Counted from the stretch's first letter, positions 10,282 to 21,109 are shown. The stretch: 64,000 bases of DNA from an uncultured Phycisphaerales bacterium (GCA_963758525.1 CAVWVQ010000001.1:320001-384000), one strand, 5' to 3'. Made by a program: numbers and translations. Notes: generated by a model from the sequence alone, not told the origin.

Positions 10282-10905
10282 GTGAAACCGATTGCCAGGA
10301 AGATTCTCTCACTCTCGATCACGATCGCAGCCGCATCGCTTTCCACGGGGTGCGCGGGCCATGCGGGCGGCATCACGCTGACTTCCATGCGCACGCATGA
10401 GAAGTTCGACCAGGGATTTTCCGATGCCTACCTGAGCCATAATGCGAACGGGGATCTGGATGTCGTGCTGATCGACTCGGCGACTGCCGACGCGCTCGCC
10501 GGGCATCGGTCGAAATCGCCAATTCAGCAGATTCTTCACCTTCGCGTGCTTTGGCAGCCGGAGCGCGATCTGAAGGTAACCGACGCGGCAGCGTGCAACG
10601 CTTCGGTTCATTGGTATGTGATGGGCGGCAATCCCAAGGGAATGCTTGAATACACCGGCACCGCGTTTGTTTCGACCACGTCCTTCAGCGATCTGGTGCG
10701 CGTGCATGTGCAAAACGCACAGGTGCGTCCGCTGCCGACCTCGGCCGGCCTGCAGGATCCGGTCGGCCCGTCCAAGCTCGAAGGCGCTGTCTTCGCCCAC
10801 GAGGACGCGCGGGTCGTCAGCCAGTTACTGAACGAAGTGAACACCCCCTTGGCGTACGCCGCCGAGGCCGGACGCGCCGGTGTGCAAAACAGCATCGCAC
10901 GGTAG
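10282..10905 (+). CDS. Putative lipoprotein, hypothetical
   Basis: GTG start; hydrophobic leader ending LSTGC (lipobox-like); coding-like composition. Confidence 0.7.
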   Translation: MKPIARKILSLSITIAAASLSTGCAGHAGGITLTSMRTHEKFDQGFSDAYLSHNANGDLDVVLIDSATADALAGHRSKSPIQQILHLRVLWQPERDLKVTDAAACNASVHWYVMGGNPKGMLEYTGTAFVSTTSFSDLVRVHVQNAQVRPLPTSAGLQDPVGPSKLEGAVFAHEDARVVSQLLNEVNTPLAYAAEAGRAGVQNSIAR

Positions 10906-11055
10906 CAGCCCGTGGTTAAAGTCGCGCGGCCGTTGTTTGGGTCCTCGTGCCGGGCTCTTCGTTGTCGAGACTTGCTAGCCTGCATCACAACGCCACATCA
11001 ACCTGAAAACGGTTCTCACTCGCGGGAGTCGGTGCGGATAACGGACGGAGACTGC

Positions 11056-12381
11056 ATGACCGCGCCGTCGAATCAATCCACAGGCGAGACAAATGCTCAA
11101 TCGCCGTGCCTATTCAGCTCGCTGAGTCCGCCGCCTCGATTCCTGGTCCCCTGCCTCACGCACGCATTGCCAGGTTTGGCCGCCGACGTCGTCCGCGTGC
11201 GTCCGCCCGGCACGCAGGTCCTGGCGGGCGAACCGCTGGTCGAGCCGCATCCGGCATTGCGCTACACACCGCTCGCCCCCGCGCAGGGGACGATCATCGG
11301 AATGCAGGCGGCGCCGATTCTCCGTGGGTATGAGGTTCCCGCCGTTTTACTCCAGACCGCGCCGCGACCGCTCCCGCTGGCGGAGGATCCGCCTGCCGGG
11401 GATGTCGTCGCGCGCATGCGCCAGGCGAGCTTTTCCGAATGGATCGACCGCCTGCGGAGCAGTGCCCTCTGGACGGCCCGCTGGGCCTGCCCGGATTTGA
11501 TCGAGCAGCTCCATCGCTGCCTGACGCGCCCGGTCGACACCGTTATCTGCAGCGTGATCGATCTCGATATGGCCCTTCCCGTCCAGGCGATGATCGCGTC
11601 GACCTGGGCCGACGATCTGGCTGCCGGAATGCACGCGCTGGCGAGCCTCACCGGGGCGGGACGCGCCTGGATTGTTGTGCCGGAGAGTCTTCCGCAAGGC
11701 TGCTACGCCCGCCTGGAAAAGGCCATTGAGGGGACCGACCTCAAGCTGATACCCATCCAAAACCGCTATCCGACCGCCCACCCTTCCCTGCTGTTGCAGG
11801 GTTTGACCGGGCGGCTGGTTCGCTTCGGAAATCTGCCGGTCGAGCAGGGCATCCTGTTGCTCGACGCCGCCGCCGCTCGCAGCGCCGGGCGCCTCTTCCT
11901 CCGCAACGCTCCGACGCTCGAGCTTCCGATGGGAATCTACGATCAGAGCACGCGCCGCGCGCACTACGTGTTGGCGCCGATCGGCACGCCGTTGGAGTAT
12001 CTGCTGGAGCGGGCGGGCGTCGCAACAACGTTCTGCGTTCTCTCCGCCGGCACCCCGCTGCATCAGCAGGTGCTCTCGCGCGATTGCGTCGTGGGCGGAG
12101 CGAGCATGACGATCTACGCTTCGCCGCCGATCCGCGAGCTGAATCCAGAGCCATGCATCCGCTGCGGCTGGTGCATCGAAGCGTGCCCGGTTCACATTCA
12201 ACCTGCCGCACTCCTCGAAGCCGCACAGACGCACGATGCGCACATGGCCGACGCATACGGGCTTCCCGCCTGCATCGAATGCGGCATCTGCACGTATGTG
12301 TGCCCGTCCTATCTGCCGCTGCTGCATGGAATCCGGACGCTGAGAGCGGGATCGCACGCAGAAGCCCAGAGCCTGGAGTAA
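11056..12381 (+). CDS. RnfC-like protein with 2x[4Fe-4S] dicluster, divergent
   Basis: CIRCGWCIEACP and CIECGICTYVCPS; RYPTAHPSLLLQGLTG and APIGTPLEYLL align to RnfC; start codon uncertain. Confidence 0.8.
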   Translation: MTAPSNQSTGETNAQSPCLFSSLSPPPRFLVPCLTHALPGLAADVVRVRPPGTQVLAGEPLVEPHPALRYTPLAPAQGTIIGMQAAPILRGYEVPAVLLQTAPRPLPLAEDPPAGDVVARMRQASFSEWIDRLRSSALWTARWACPDLIEQLHRCLTRPVDTVICSVIDLDMALPVQAMIASTWADDLAAGMHALASLTGAGRAWIVVPESLPQGCYARLEKAIEGTDLKLIPIQNRYPTAHPSLLLQGLTGRLVRFGNLPVEQGILLLDAAAARSAGRLFLRNAPTLELPMGIYDQSTRRAHYVLAPIGTPLEYLLERAGVATTFCVLSAGTPLHQQVLSRDCVVGGASMTIYASPPIRELNPEPCIRCGWCIEACPVHIQPAALLEAAQTHDAHMADAYGLPACIECGICTYVCPSYLPLLHGIRTLRAGSHAEAQSLE

Positions 12382-12456
12382 GAAAATGGGGAGCAAAGAG
12401 TTGCAACCGGCGTTTGCGTCCCCGCCTTTCACACCGCACAATTCGCGGCGATCCCG

Positions 12457-13641
12457 ATGAATCGCTCCTTTGCCCTCCGCCCTGCTTCCGTGACCCCGCT
12501 CTCACACAGCGGCATCACCGTAGCCGGTTTTTACTCAATGCATCTGCTCGGCATCGCGCTCCCGCTGACCGCCGGCGTGCTCCTCTACGGCTGGAGAGCC
12601 TTGATCGTGATCGGCGGCGTGCTCGCTTCGACGCTGGCCGCGGTAGCCGTCTGGCGTCGAATCGGAACGCGCGGACCCCAATTGCGGTACTCGCACGCGG
12701 CGTGGCTTGCCACGCTGCTCGCTCTCATGCTCCCGGCGCACTTGGCGACGAGCGTTCCTGACTCTCACGGCGAAGTCCCGTGGCTGATCCTTCCCGCTGC
12801 CGGAATGAGCCTTGCCATCATCATGTGGTTCATCGGCGGCCTGGGCGCGGGCAGGATTCATCCCACCCTGGTCACGTTTCTTCTGCTGGCCGCTTTGTTT
12901 GGCGACATGCTCGCCCCCCGCTACGTGCTGCGCCGCGATCACCTCTTCACCGGCGATCTGCTCAAAGCCGCCGCGCCCGATCAGCGAATCGACCACGGCG
13001 ATTCCTGGATCACCCGCAAACCCGCCGGCGATCAGGACGCCGAGAGGGTCGAACCCGCCGCCACCGCCCTGATTCAATACACCACGGGCCGCGAGAGACC
13101 CGCACGCGGATGGCTTCCCGTGCAGGGACTTCTCCGCGACAGCATGCCTCCGCTGGAGGATCTCATCATCGGCGGACACCCCGGCCCCATCGGCATCAGC
13201 AGCCGGGTCACCGTCATCGTCGGCGGGCTTTTCCTCCTCTACCGCGGGCTCATCGACATTCGCATTCCCCTGATCATCTGGCTCATCGAATTCGCCGCGC
13301 TGCTGATCCTCCCCATCCCCAGCGTGATCGCCAAACACCCGCAGTGGCACTGGCTCGCCCTGCGCGACCCCAACGTTGGCGTCGCCACCGCCATCACTCT
13401 CGCCAACTACGAGATCATGGTCTCCCCCGTCTTATTCATGGCCTTCTTCATCGCCACGTCCCCGTCGATCCGTCCCATGACACGCGACGCGCGCACAGTC
13501 TACGCCGCCATCATCGGCCTGCTCTGCGCGTGCTCGCAGCTCTATGTATCCGTCGACTTCGGCCCCTACGTCGCCCTGCTGATCGCCAGTCTGTTCACCC
13601 CCGCGCTCGATTGGCTGTTCCGTCCGCGCCCGCTGATCTAA
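12457..13641 (+). CDS. RnfD/NqrB-family membrane protein, divergent
   Basis: YGWRAL, IGGLG, DLIIGGHPGPIG, GGLFLLYRGLIDIRIP, AFFIAT, LFTPALDWLFRPR; multiple transmembrane segments. Confidence 0.85.
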   Translation: MNRSFALRPASVTPLSHSGITVAGFYSMHLLGIALPLTAGVLLYGWRALIVIGGVLASTLAAVAVWRRIGTRGPQLRYSHAAWLATLLALMLPAHLATSVPDSHGEVPWLILPAAGMSLAIIMWFIGGLGAGRIHPTLVTFLLLAALFGDMLAPRYVLRRDHLFTGDLLKAAAPDQRIDHGDSWITRKPAGDQDAERVEPAATALIQYTTGRERPARGWLPVQGLLRDSMPPLEDLIIGGHPGPIGISSRVTVIVGGLFLLYRGLIDIRIPLIIWLIEFAALLILPIPSVIAKHPQWHWLALRDPNVGVATAITLANYEIMVSPVLFMAFFIATSPSIRPMTRDARTVYAAIIGLLCACSQLYVSVDFGPYVALLIASLFTPALDWLFRPRPLI

Positions 13642-13730
13642 AGAGAAAGCTGGAATCGTCAGCGTCCTGGAGTAGAATCGCGACGAGCGATGATGGAACA
13701 CGCCCCCGAGGCTTGCTCCTCACGCAGAAC

Positions 13731-13813
13731 GGCCTCTTGGCGGAATTGGCAGACGCGATGGATTCAAAATCCATTTCCCAAAAGGAGTATCGGTTCGACT
13801 CCGATAGAGGCCA
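13731..13813 (+). tRNA. tRNA-Leu (CAA)
   Basis: GGCCTCT/AGAGGCC acceptor stem, anticodon arm ATGGA-TTCAAAA-TCCAT, long variable arm, T-loop TTCGACT. Confidence 0.95.
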
Positions 13814-13830
13814 GTTGACTCGGGATGTTG

Positions 13831-14617
13831 CTAAGCATTGGGCGTTGCCCATTGCTTCGTTTCTGGCATCTCTTTTCGGGGCAGTGCCGACGAATCAGAT
13901 GTTTCGGAAGGTGATTCTGCTGGTGAATTGAGCAGTGCGCTCCGCAGAAACTGCTCAATCTCACGCCAACAGTCAGCCGGACGGGCTTGAAGAAGCATAT
14001 GGGGTCCAGGGAGCCGACGGACGCGGGCATCAGGGCGGGCGGCCAGGATTGATTCAAGCGCCTGGCGGGGAATCAGGCGATCTTCGTTTCCGATGAGATA
14101 GAGCACCGGCATCTGGCAGCGGGCCAGCGTGTCGGAGCAATCGACGCGGAATGATTCGCGCAGGCGCAAGAAGAACCTTCGGTCGCGATTGGCGGAGCGA
14201 CTGGCGGACAGTGAGCAAGACCTCACGCGCCGCCTCCGACCCCATGAGATAGCGGCGCAGCGCGGCAAGCGAAATCGGCAGTCGAAAGAGAATCGGCGCC
14301 AGCAGCCGCTCATACCACGGGGGCAGCGGGAGGCGCACGAAGCTGGCGCACAGCACGACCGCGCGGACGCGCCGCGGATGCGCGGCCGCGAAACGAACGG
14401 CAAGCGGGCCGGAGAAGGATTCGGCGATCAGCACGAGCGATCGCTCGGCTTTCAGCTCCTCTTCGAGCCGCGTGAGCAGTTGATCGTACGGAAGATATTG
14501 CTCCGTTGGATATGAAATGGCCTGGCGCGGAAACTCAGCAGGCACTACTTTGAGAAATGCCTCGAAGAGATCGGCTGTACCGTGCAGGCCGGGGAGGAGG
14601 ATGAGCGTCGGGGGCAT
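13831..14617 (-). CDS. Alpha/beta hydrolase (frameshift near 14170)
   Basis: LILLPGLHGTADLF and IAESFSG nucleophile elbow, then PVLYLIGNEDRLIP and LPGPHMLLQ in a second frame. Confidence 0.85.
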
Positions 14618-14744
14618 AAATTCGGCGAAGTGTAGCAGGGGCAAGACGGACTTGTGATCTCTGCGTGCTGGGGATGGGCCGCAGAACAATTGGATACGAC
14701 CGCTGGCGGGTGGAATCGAATCAACAAGCCAAAGTTCAGTCTGT

Positions 14745-14800
14745 TGTGGTGCAGACTTCCAGCCTGCCATCTGAGAAGCAGGTTGGAAGCCTGCACCACA
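14745..14800. repeat. REP-like inverted doublet (TGTGGTGCAGGCTTCCAGCCTGC family)
   Basis: Inverted arms; further copies at 21051-21109, 36663-36718 and 54297-54355. Confidence 0.9.
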
Positions 14801-14860
14801 AATGTGCCATTGACGTTCAATTCAATCGCCGGGGACTGTTTGGGAGGCAAAAGCGGTTCG

Positions 14861-14883
14861 CACGGGTTGGAAACCCGTGGTAC
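14861..14883. repeat. Single REP-like palindrome CACGGGTTGGAAACCCGTGGTAC
   Basis: Short hairpin just upstream of coaX. Confidence 0.6.
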
Positions 14884-14894
14884 GTTGGCGGGGT

Positions 14895-15662
14895 ATGGAA
14901 ATTAATCTGTTGGTTTTGAATGTTGGGAACTCGCGCATTGCCTGCGGAACGTTCGTCGCGGGAGAATTGAGAGGAGTGACCCGGCACCGGATCGATGAAC
15001 GTGCTGCCTGGCAGAAAGCGATCGTTGACGCGTGGGCGAGCCTGGACGGACGCGATGCCGCCGTTGTCGCGGCCACGGTGAATCCGCCGTTGATCGAGGC
15101 GATTGAGCATGTCGTCGATCTGGCGATCGGACGCAACGTTGTATGGGTGGGAAAGAGCCTGGACCTGCCAATTCGAGTGTTGACGGACAAGCCTGCGGAG
15201 ACGGGAGTCGACCGCGTTCTCAATGTGGCAGCCGCTCACGAGCAAATCGAATCGGCATGCGTCGTGGTCGATGCCGGCAGCGCGGTGACGGTTGACTGCT
15301 GCAACGACGGCGGAGATTTCATTGGAGGCGCCATCCTGCCCGGCGCTGCGATGATGCTCGCGGCACTGCATGCACACACGGCAAAGCTTCCCGAAGTCAC
15401 GCTAGCGGTTCCGCAAGGCCCGGTCGGGAAAAACACCGAGCAGGCGATGCTTCATGGCGTATATCACGGAATACGCGGAGCGGTGAAAGAACTGGTCGAA
15501 ATCTACGCGACGGATCTGGGCCGCTGGCCGGAAGTCATCGCGACAGGCGGCGATGCGAAACTGCTGTTTGATGGATGGGAGCTGATTCACGCGATCGCGC
15601 CGGATCTCACGCTGTATGGCATCGCGCTGGCGTATACGAATCATCATTTGACGGATGAGTAG
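14895..15662 (+). CDS. coaX: Type III pantothenate kinase
   Basis: LNVGNSRI, TGVDR, VVDAGSAVTVD, FIGGAILPG, IATGGDA. Confidence 0.93.
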   Translation: MEINLLVLNVGNSRIACGTFVAGELRGVTRHRIDERAAWQKAIVDAWASLDGRDAAVVAATVNPPLIEAIEHVVDLAIGRNVVWVGKSLDLPIRVLTDKPAETGVDRVLNVAAAHEQIESACVVVDAGSAVTVDCCNDGGDFIGGAILPGAAMMLAALHAHTAKLPEVTLAVPQGPVGKNTEQAMLHGVYHGIRGAVKELVEIYATDLGRWPEVIATGGDAKLLFDGWELIHAIAPDLTLYGIALAYTNHHLTDE

Positions 15663-15736
15663 GGCATCATGTGGGGAACCTCTTCCGTCTCACTTCTAGA
15701 GGATTCTAGAAAGAGCCTGCACCGCGATGAATTCGC

Positions 15737-15804
15737 AATCACCCTCACCCCAGCCCTCTCCCGGAGTACGATTCGACAACCCTCATCGCAGGCCGGGCGA
15801 GGGG
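15737..15804. repeat. CCCTCACCC..CCCTCTCCCGGAGTAC repeat family copy with a short insertion
   Basis: AATCACCCTCACCCCAGCCCTCTCCCGGAGTAC closely matches 41462-41494. Confidence 0.8.
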
Positions 15805-15825
15805 GCCGGAAGCGCAACTGACGGA

Positions 15826-16866
15826 ATGGGCCAGAGAGCAACTGAAGCACGCGGCAACATCGTGTTGCCGCTGACGGGTGCAGGGATGGCGGCTGTCGCG
15901 GTCGTGCGAGTCAGCGGCGCGCTGTCGGCCGATTTTCTCCGAATCCACTTTTCCAAGCTTGCGCGGAGCGGACGCTGCGTTCACGGCGAGGTGCGCGACG
16001 AAGGTGCCGTGATCGATGACGCGGTGGTCGTCCTGTCGGAGGATCAGCAACAGGCTGATATCAATCTGCATGGGTCGTCGTGGACCGTTGCGCGGGTGAT
16101 CGAGCTGGCGAAGAAATTCGGTTTTCGCGCTGTCGACGATGCGGGCGAGCAGTTTCTGTTTGGCGCTGATGGGGACACGCCATTGGAACGGGAGGTGACG
16201 GCATGGCTGCCTCTGGCGCGGAGCGAGCTTGCGATGCGCATGCTGGCAGCTCAAGTTGACGCATGGAACACATTGCGTGAGACGATGCCCGAGCCGGAGC
16301 GATTGAAGGAAATCGGCGCCGACACGGCACTGTGGCGGATGCTGCATCCGCCTTGCCTGGCAATCGTGGGTCGGCCGAACGTTGGCAAATCGACTCTCGC
16401 AAATCGGCTATTCGGGCAGGAACGTTCGATCACCGCCCACCTGGCGGGGACCACGCGCGACTGGGTCGGCGACTACGCAAATATCGATGGGCTGCCGATC
16501 ATGCTGATCGATACGCCTGGGGTCCGGGAGACAGAGGATCGGATCGAAGCCGACGCGATCGACGCCTCGCGGGAGCAGATCGCCGGCGCCGATCTTGTGC
16601 TTTGGGTGGTGGATGCGGCGCAGGCCAATTTCGACGTTCCGCAATTCCCCAAAGCGATCCGGGTATTCAACAAATGTGATTTGAATGAAAACAACGCGAT
16701 CGGCGCGGCGGAGGGGTTGCGTGTTTCAGCAAAGACCGGCGCGGGAATCGATGGCCTGCGACAAGCGATCGTGGAGTTCTTCGGATGCGGGCAGATCGAC
16801 GTGAACGAGGCGCGATGGTGGACCCAGCGACAGAGAGAAGTGCTGGAGCGGGGATCGATTCCGTAA
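15826..16866 (+). CDS. MnmE/TrmE-like GTPase, shortened
   Basis: N-terminal AAVAVVRVSG, IDDAVV, INLHGS; G1 GRPNVGKS, G2 GTTRD, G3 DTPG, G4 NKCD, G5 VSAKTG. Confidence 0.85.
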   Translation: MGQRATEARGNIVLPLTGAGMAAVAVVRVSGALSADFLRIHFSKLARSGRCVHGEVRDEGAVIDDAVVVLSEDQQQADINLHGSSWTVARVIELAKKFGFRAVDDAGEQFLFGADGDTPLEREVTAWLPLARSELAMRMLAAQVDAWNTLRETMPEPERLKEIGADTALWRMLHPPCLAIVGRPNVGKSTLANRLFGQERSITAHLAGTTRDWVGDYANIDGLPIMLIDTPGVRETEDRIEADAIDASREQIAGADLVLWVVDAAQANFDVPQFPKAIRVFNKCDLNENNAIGAAEGLRVSAKTGAGIDGLRQAIVEFFGCGQIDVNEARWWTQRQREVLERGSIP

Positions 16867-16889
16867 GCAAGGCGTTTACACCTTCGGTC

Positions 16890-18963
16890 TCACAACCACC
16901 TAACGATATCGTGGTAGGTTACGAAGACGAAGACGCCGACCAGAAATGCGAGTCCGACATACTGCGCGATCGCCTGCGTGCGCGGCGACAGGGGCTTGCC
17001 TTGCAGCTTCTCCAGGATGAGGAAGGTGAACAGGCCGCCGTCCACGATCGGGATGGGGAGGAAGTTCACGACGGCCAGATTGGCGCTGATCATGGAAAGA
17101 AACCAGATCAGCCAATCGAACCCTTTGAACGCGAGCTTCTTGCCGGCGATGAAGATGCCGACGGGGCCCATCATGTTGGCGGGGCTGAGGTTTCCTTCGA
17201 ACATCCGCCGGAGCGTGAGATAAAACTGCAGGGTGAAATCGCGGGTTTCGGTGATGCCCCAACCAGCGGCCTGCCAGATGCTGTTGGCTTTGCGGATGGC
17301 ATTGCTCGGATCGGCCAGCGAAAGAAAGGTGACATAGCGCACCGCGTGAATGGCGGCTTCCTGAGCCGCGTCGATCACGATCTTGGTTTTCACATTCTCG
17401 CCGGAGGGGTTGATAAACTCGATCGGCACCGCAGTGTCTGGCGCGACATCCAGCAGGACCCGATGCACGTCGTACCAGGAGGAGACCTTGTGCCCGTCGA
17501 TTGAGGTGATCGTCGCCCCGCGCGGAATGGAAGCGCACCCGGCAGGAGTGTCCTTGAGCACCTGCGCGGCCACGGCGTGATTTTCGTCGTAGCCCAGCAC
17601 GATGCCCAGGCCGCGGCCCCCGCCCTCTAGTTTCATTCCTGTCTGCAGATCTTTCACATGAATGAGTTGATCGACGCCGTTGACCCGGCGAACGACGTCC
17701 ATCGACACCATTTGACGTTTGTCGCCGGCGTCTTTGAGGAAGCTGGTCAGCTCTTCGCGTGTCGGAGGAGCGGCCACAGCATCATTGTTGGCATAAAAAC
17801 CCGCCTGGATGACGTCGCCGGGGAGGAGCTTGCCGCGGGCAGGAGAATCCGGAAGCACGTTTTCGACCGCAGCGCGGGGAACCATGCCGATCAGGTGGAA
17901 CGAGCCAGCCGAAAACGGATCGGCAAAATGACCGTGAATCGTTTCCTGGCGGACAGCACCGTCGGCGGAAGTGACGGTCAGCACAATCGGCTTGCCGAAT
18001 GAGTTCTGGACGATCGAATCGAATTTTTCATAGTCATCCGGCGCGATCGGCCGCCCGTCCACCGCGGTGATGAGCTCGCCAGGCTTGACGGCAAGAGATT
18101 CGAGGAGCACGCGTTCACTGAGCTTTGGATCGTTCTCCACGACGGCGTCGGCGAGGCCGCGAAGATCGTGATAGGGTTCGATTCCCAGTGCCACGAACTC
18201 CTTCGGTTCGCCCTTGAATCGCTCGGGGGTGATTTCCAGATGAATATGCTTTCCGTCGCGAATCACGTCGATCGGGACGGTGACGTCCGGCTCCAACAGT
18301 GCTGCGTTGAGCCCGATCTTGGTGAAGTCGTACTGCTTTTTGCCGTCGAGCGTGTCGACGTAATCCCCAACTTGCAGCCCCGCGCTGCGCCGGGGAGTCG
18401 GGGAACAAGCCGCCCACCCTGGCCGGCGGAACGTGAAAGCCCATTCGGAAGACGATCATGAATCCGATGGCGGCAAGAATGATGTTCATGATCACGCCGG
18501 CCGAAACCACCGCCATGCGGGCGGGAATCGACTTGCGGTTGTAGGCGCGGGGATCGTCGGCCTGGGAGTTGGGATTCAGATCGTCCTGTCCGAGCATCTT
18601 CACGTAGCCGCCAAGAGGGATCCAATTCAGACGATATTCAGTGTCGCCCAACCCCAGAGCGGCCGCCGCCTGATCGATCTGCGCGTCGCTGAATCCATCG
18701 ACCGTTTCATGCAGTTGCAGCTCCGAGCTTTTCTGTGTTTCGAGATACGCTTCGGCGCGCTTGCGGTATTCGTTATTGGTGGTGCCGACACGGAAGCCGA
18801 TCCCCTTGCGCCAAGCGACAATGGCCTGGCCGAAACCGACGGCAAACTGTTCGACCTTGATCCCCACCCATTTGGCGGCGAGGAAATGGCCGAGCTCGTG
18901 GAAGAAAATGACAAAACCAAACCCCAGGATCAGCAGGGTGATCGTCAGCGCGTCGTTGGGCAT
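16890..18963 (-). CDS. rseP: RseP-like site-2 metalloprotease with several PDZ domains (frameshifts about 18300-18390)
   Basis: HELGH, IPLGGYVKM, NFLPIPIVDGG; follows dxr as in the conserved dxr-rseP arrangement. Confidence 0.9.
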
Positions 18964-18967
18964 GCGT

Positions 18968-20137
18968 TCAATTCCGAAGTTTCGACTCCGCCAGGAGTGC
19001 GGTCACATGTTGCCGGGCCCAGCGATCCGCCCCAAGGAGATCGTCCAAAGTCGGGTGCGTCTGGAGCCGATGTGCGTCAATTGTAAGCTCCACCGCCCGC
19101 GAAATCCCGCCGAACGAGATTTTCCCGCCGCAGAACGCCTCCACGGCGGCCTCTTTCGCGGCGTTCATCACGGCGCCCAGCGTTCCTCCCCTGGCGGCCA
19201 CGTCGTAGGCGATCCGCAGCGCGGGAAAACGATCGAAGTCGGGAGGCTCAAAATGGAGCTTGAAAGCCTGCTTCAGATCCAGCAGCGGAGTCGATCCGGC
19301 AAGCCGATGCGGATAGGTGAAAGCATACTGAATCGGCGTCCGCATATCGGGCGGCGAAAGCTGCGCCAGCACCGAACCATCCACGAACTCGACCATCGAA
19401 TGGACGATCGACTCGGGATGCACGACCACCTCGATCCGGTCCGGCGGTAGGTCGAACAGCCAGCAGGCTTCGATGATCTCCAATCCTTTGTTGAACATCG
19501 TGGCCGAGTCGATGGTGATCTTATCCCCCATGCGCCACGTCGGATGCCGCAGGGCGTCCTGAAGAGTGGCGTTCTGAATCTGCTCTCGCGTCGCGTTGCG
19601 GAATGGTCCGCCGCTGGCGGTGAGAATGACTCGCTGAATCTCATGTCCGCGTCCGCATTGCATTGCCTGGAAGACCGCGGAGTGTTCGGAATCCACCGGG
19701 AGAATCGTGATGCCCCGCCGTTTCGCTTCAGGAATCACCAGCGCTCCGGCGATGACCAGCGACTCCTTATTGGCCAGCGCCAACCGCTTGCCCGCGCCGA
19801 TCGCCGCGATCACCGCCGGCAACCCTGCCGCGCCGACCACGGCGGCCAGCACCGTATCGACGTCCGGCCGCTGCACGATCTGCGTCATGCCGTCGGCCCC
19901 GCGGTAAATCTCAACGCCCAGGTCGCGGATCTGCTGCAGCGTCGCCCGATCGCAATCGTCATCGGTGATCACGACCGCCGAAGGGCGATGACGCTGCACC
20001 TGCTTGAGCAGCTTGTCGGCGTTGCGATGAGCGCCCAGCGCGACAGCTTCGTACGGCCGACCGAGGTGTTCGATCACCTGCAGCGCGCTGCACCCGATGG
20101 ACCCCGTCGACCCGAGAATGGCGATGCGATGACTCAA
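18968..20137 (-). CDS. dxr: 1-deoxy-D-xylulose-5-phosphate reductoisomerase
   Basis: ILGSTGSIG, LALANKESL, LPVDSEH, LTASGGPF, HPTWRMGDKITIDSATM. Confidence 0.97.
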   Translation of the reverse strand: MSHRIAILGSTGSIGCSALQVIEHLGRPYEAVALGAHRNADKLLKQVQRHRPSAVVITDDDCDRATLQQIRDLGVEIYRGADGMTQIVQRPDVDTVLAAVVGAAGLPAVIAAIGAGKRLALANKESLVIAGALVIPEAKRRGITILPVDSEHSAVFQAMQCGRGHEIQRVILTASGGPFRNATREQIQNATLQDALRHPTWRMGDKITIDSATMFNKGLEIIEACWLFDLPPDRIEVVVHPESIVHSMVEFVDGSVLAQLSPPDMRTPIQYAFTYPHRLAGSTPLLDLKQAFKLHFEPPDFDRFPALRIAYDVAARGGTLGAVMNAAKEAAVEAFCGGKISFGGISRAVELTIDAHRLQTHPTLDDLLGADRWARQHVTALLAESKLRN

Positions 20138-20219
20138 CCCGATAGAAGCTAAGCGCGGGCGGGGAAAAAGAAAAGCCGACGACTAGTGGTCAGGGTTCAG
20201 GGTTCGGGGAACCCACGTC

Positions 20220-20957
20220 TCACTTCGGCTTCTCGAAGATCATCACATGCTGCTGCGGCAGATCGTCGATCGTCTTCACATGCTTGAGTCCGACGGCGGA
20301 CATTTCCTTGATCGCCTGCGCTTCGGTCATCTTGTGATGCGGAAGAATCTGCACATTCGGATCCTCGGCCTTGTATTCCACATCGATCACCCGCCCGCCG
20401 GGTTTGAGGGAAGCCAGAATCGCCTCCATCATCTCGCGCGGATGATCGAATTCGTGATACGAGTCCACGAACAGAACCACATCCACGCCCGCCGCCGGCA
20501 GCTTCGGATCGGTCACCGTTCCCAACACCGGCTCGACATTTTCAATCCCTTTTTCCTTGCTCCGTTTGCGGAGGATTGCCAGCATCTGCGGCTGAATATC
20601 CTCGGCCAGCACTTTCCCCTTCGGGACCAATGGCGCGATGCGAAAACTGAAATACCCCGTGCCCGCCCCAATGTCCGCGACCACCTCGTCCCCCTTCAGC
20701 TCCATCGCCTCGGTCACCTTGTGCGGCTGCTCCTCCTGCTCCCGACCCGGTCGATCGAGCCACCAGGCGGCCAGATGACCCATGACGTTGGCGATCTCCC
20801 TCCCCATGTAGACTTTGCCGATGCCGTCCGGGCTCGGAGGACAATCGGTATAGAGCGGCTCGGTCGTCGGCGGCGCATCAGCGCGCGATGCACCGCTCCG
20901 GAAAGTCAGCACGATCGCGACGAGAACGAGAAAGAGCGTTTGACGACCGCGTGTCAT
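20220..20957 (-). CDS. Class I SAM-dependent methyltransferase with signal peptide
   Basis: VVADIGAGTGYF, YMGREIANVMGH, VDSYHEFDHP. Confidence 0.88.
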   Translation of the reverse strand: MTRGRQTLFLVLVAIVLTFRSGASRADAPPTTEPLYTDCPPSPDGIGKVYMGREIANVMGHLAAWWLDRPGREQEEQPHKVTEAMELKGDEVVADIGAGTGYFSFRIAPLVPKGKVLAEDIQPQMLAILRKRSKEKGIENVEPVLGTVTDPKLPAAGVDVVLFVDSYHEFDHPREMMEAILASLKPGGRVIDVEYKAEDPNVQILPHHKMTEAQAIKEMSAVGLKHVKTIDDLPQQHVMIFEKPK

Positions 20958-21050
20958 GTTTGTCTCCGGCAAGAGGGTAACCGCTGCGTGAACGCTGACG
21001 AAGCACTACTCAGCATGGCCGCCTCCCCGGGGAAAATCGCATGCGCCCTT

Positions 21051-21109
21051 TGTGGTGCAGGCTTGCAGCCTGCCGGCGTTTTGGAAGCAGGCTGGAAGCC
21101 TGCACCGCA
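21051..21109. repeat. REP-like doublet, TGTGGTGCAGG family
   Basis: TGTGGTGCAGGCTTGCAGCCTGC ... GCAGGCTGGAAGCCTGCACCGCA. Confidence 0.88.
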
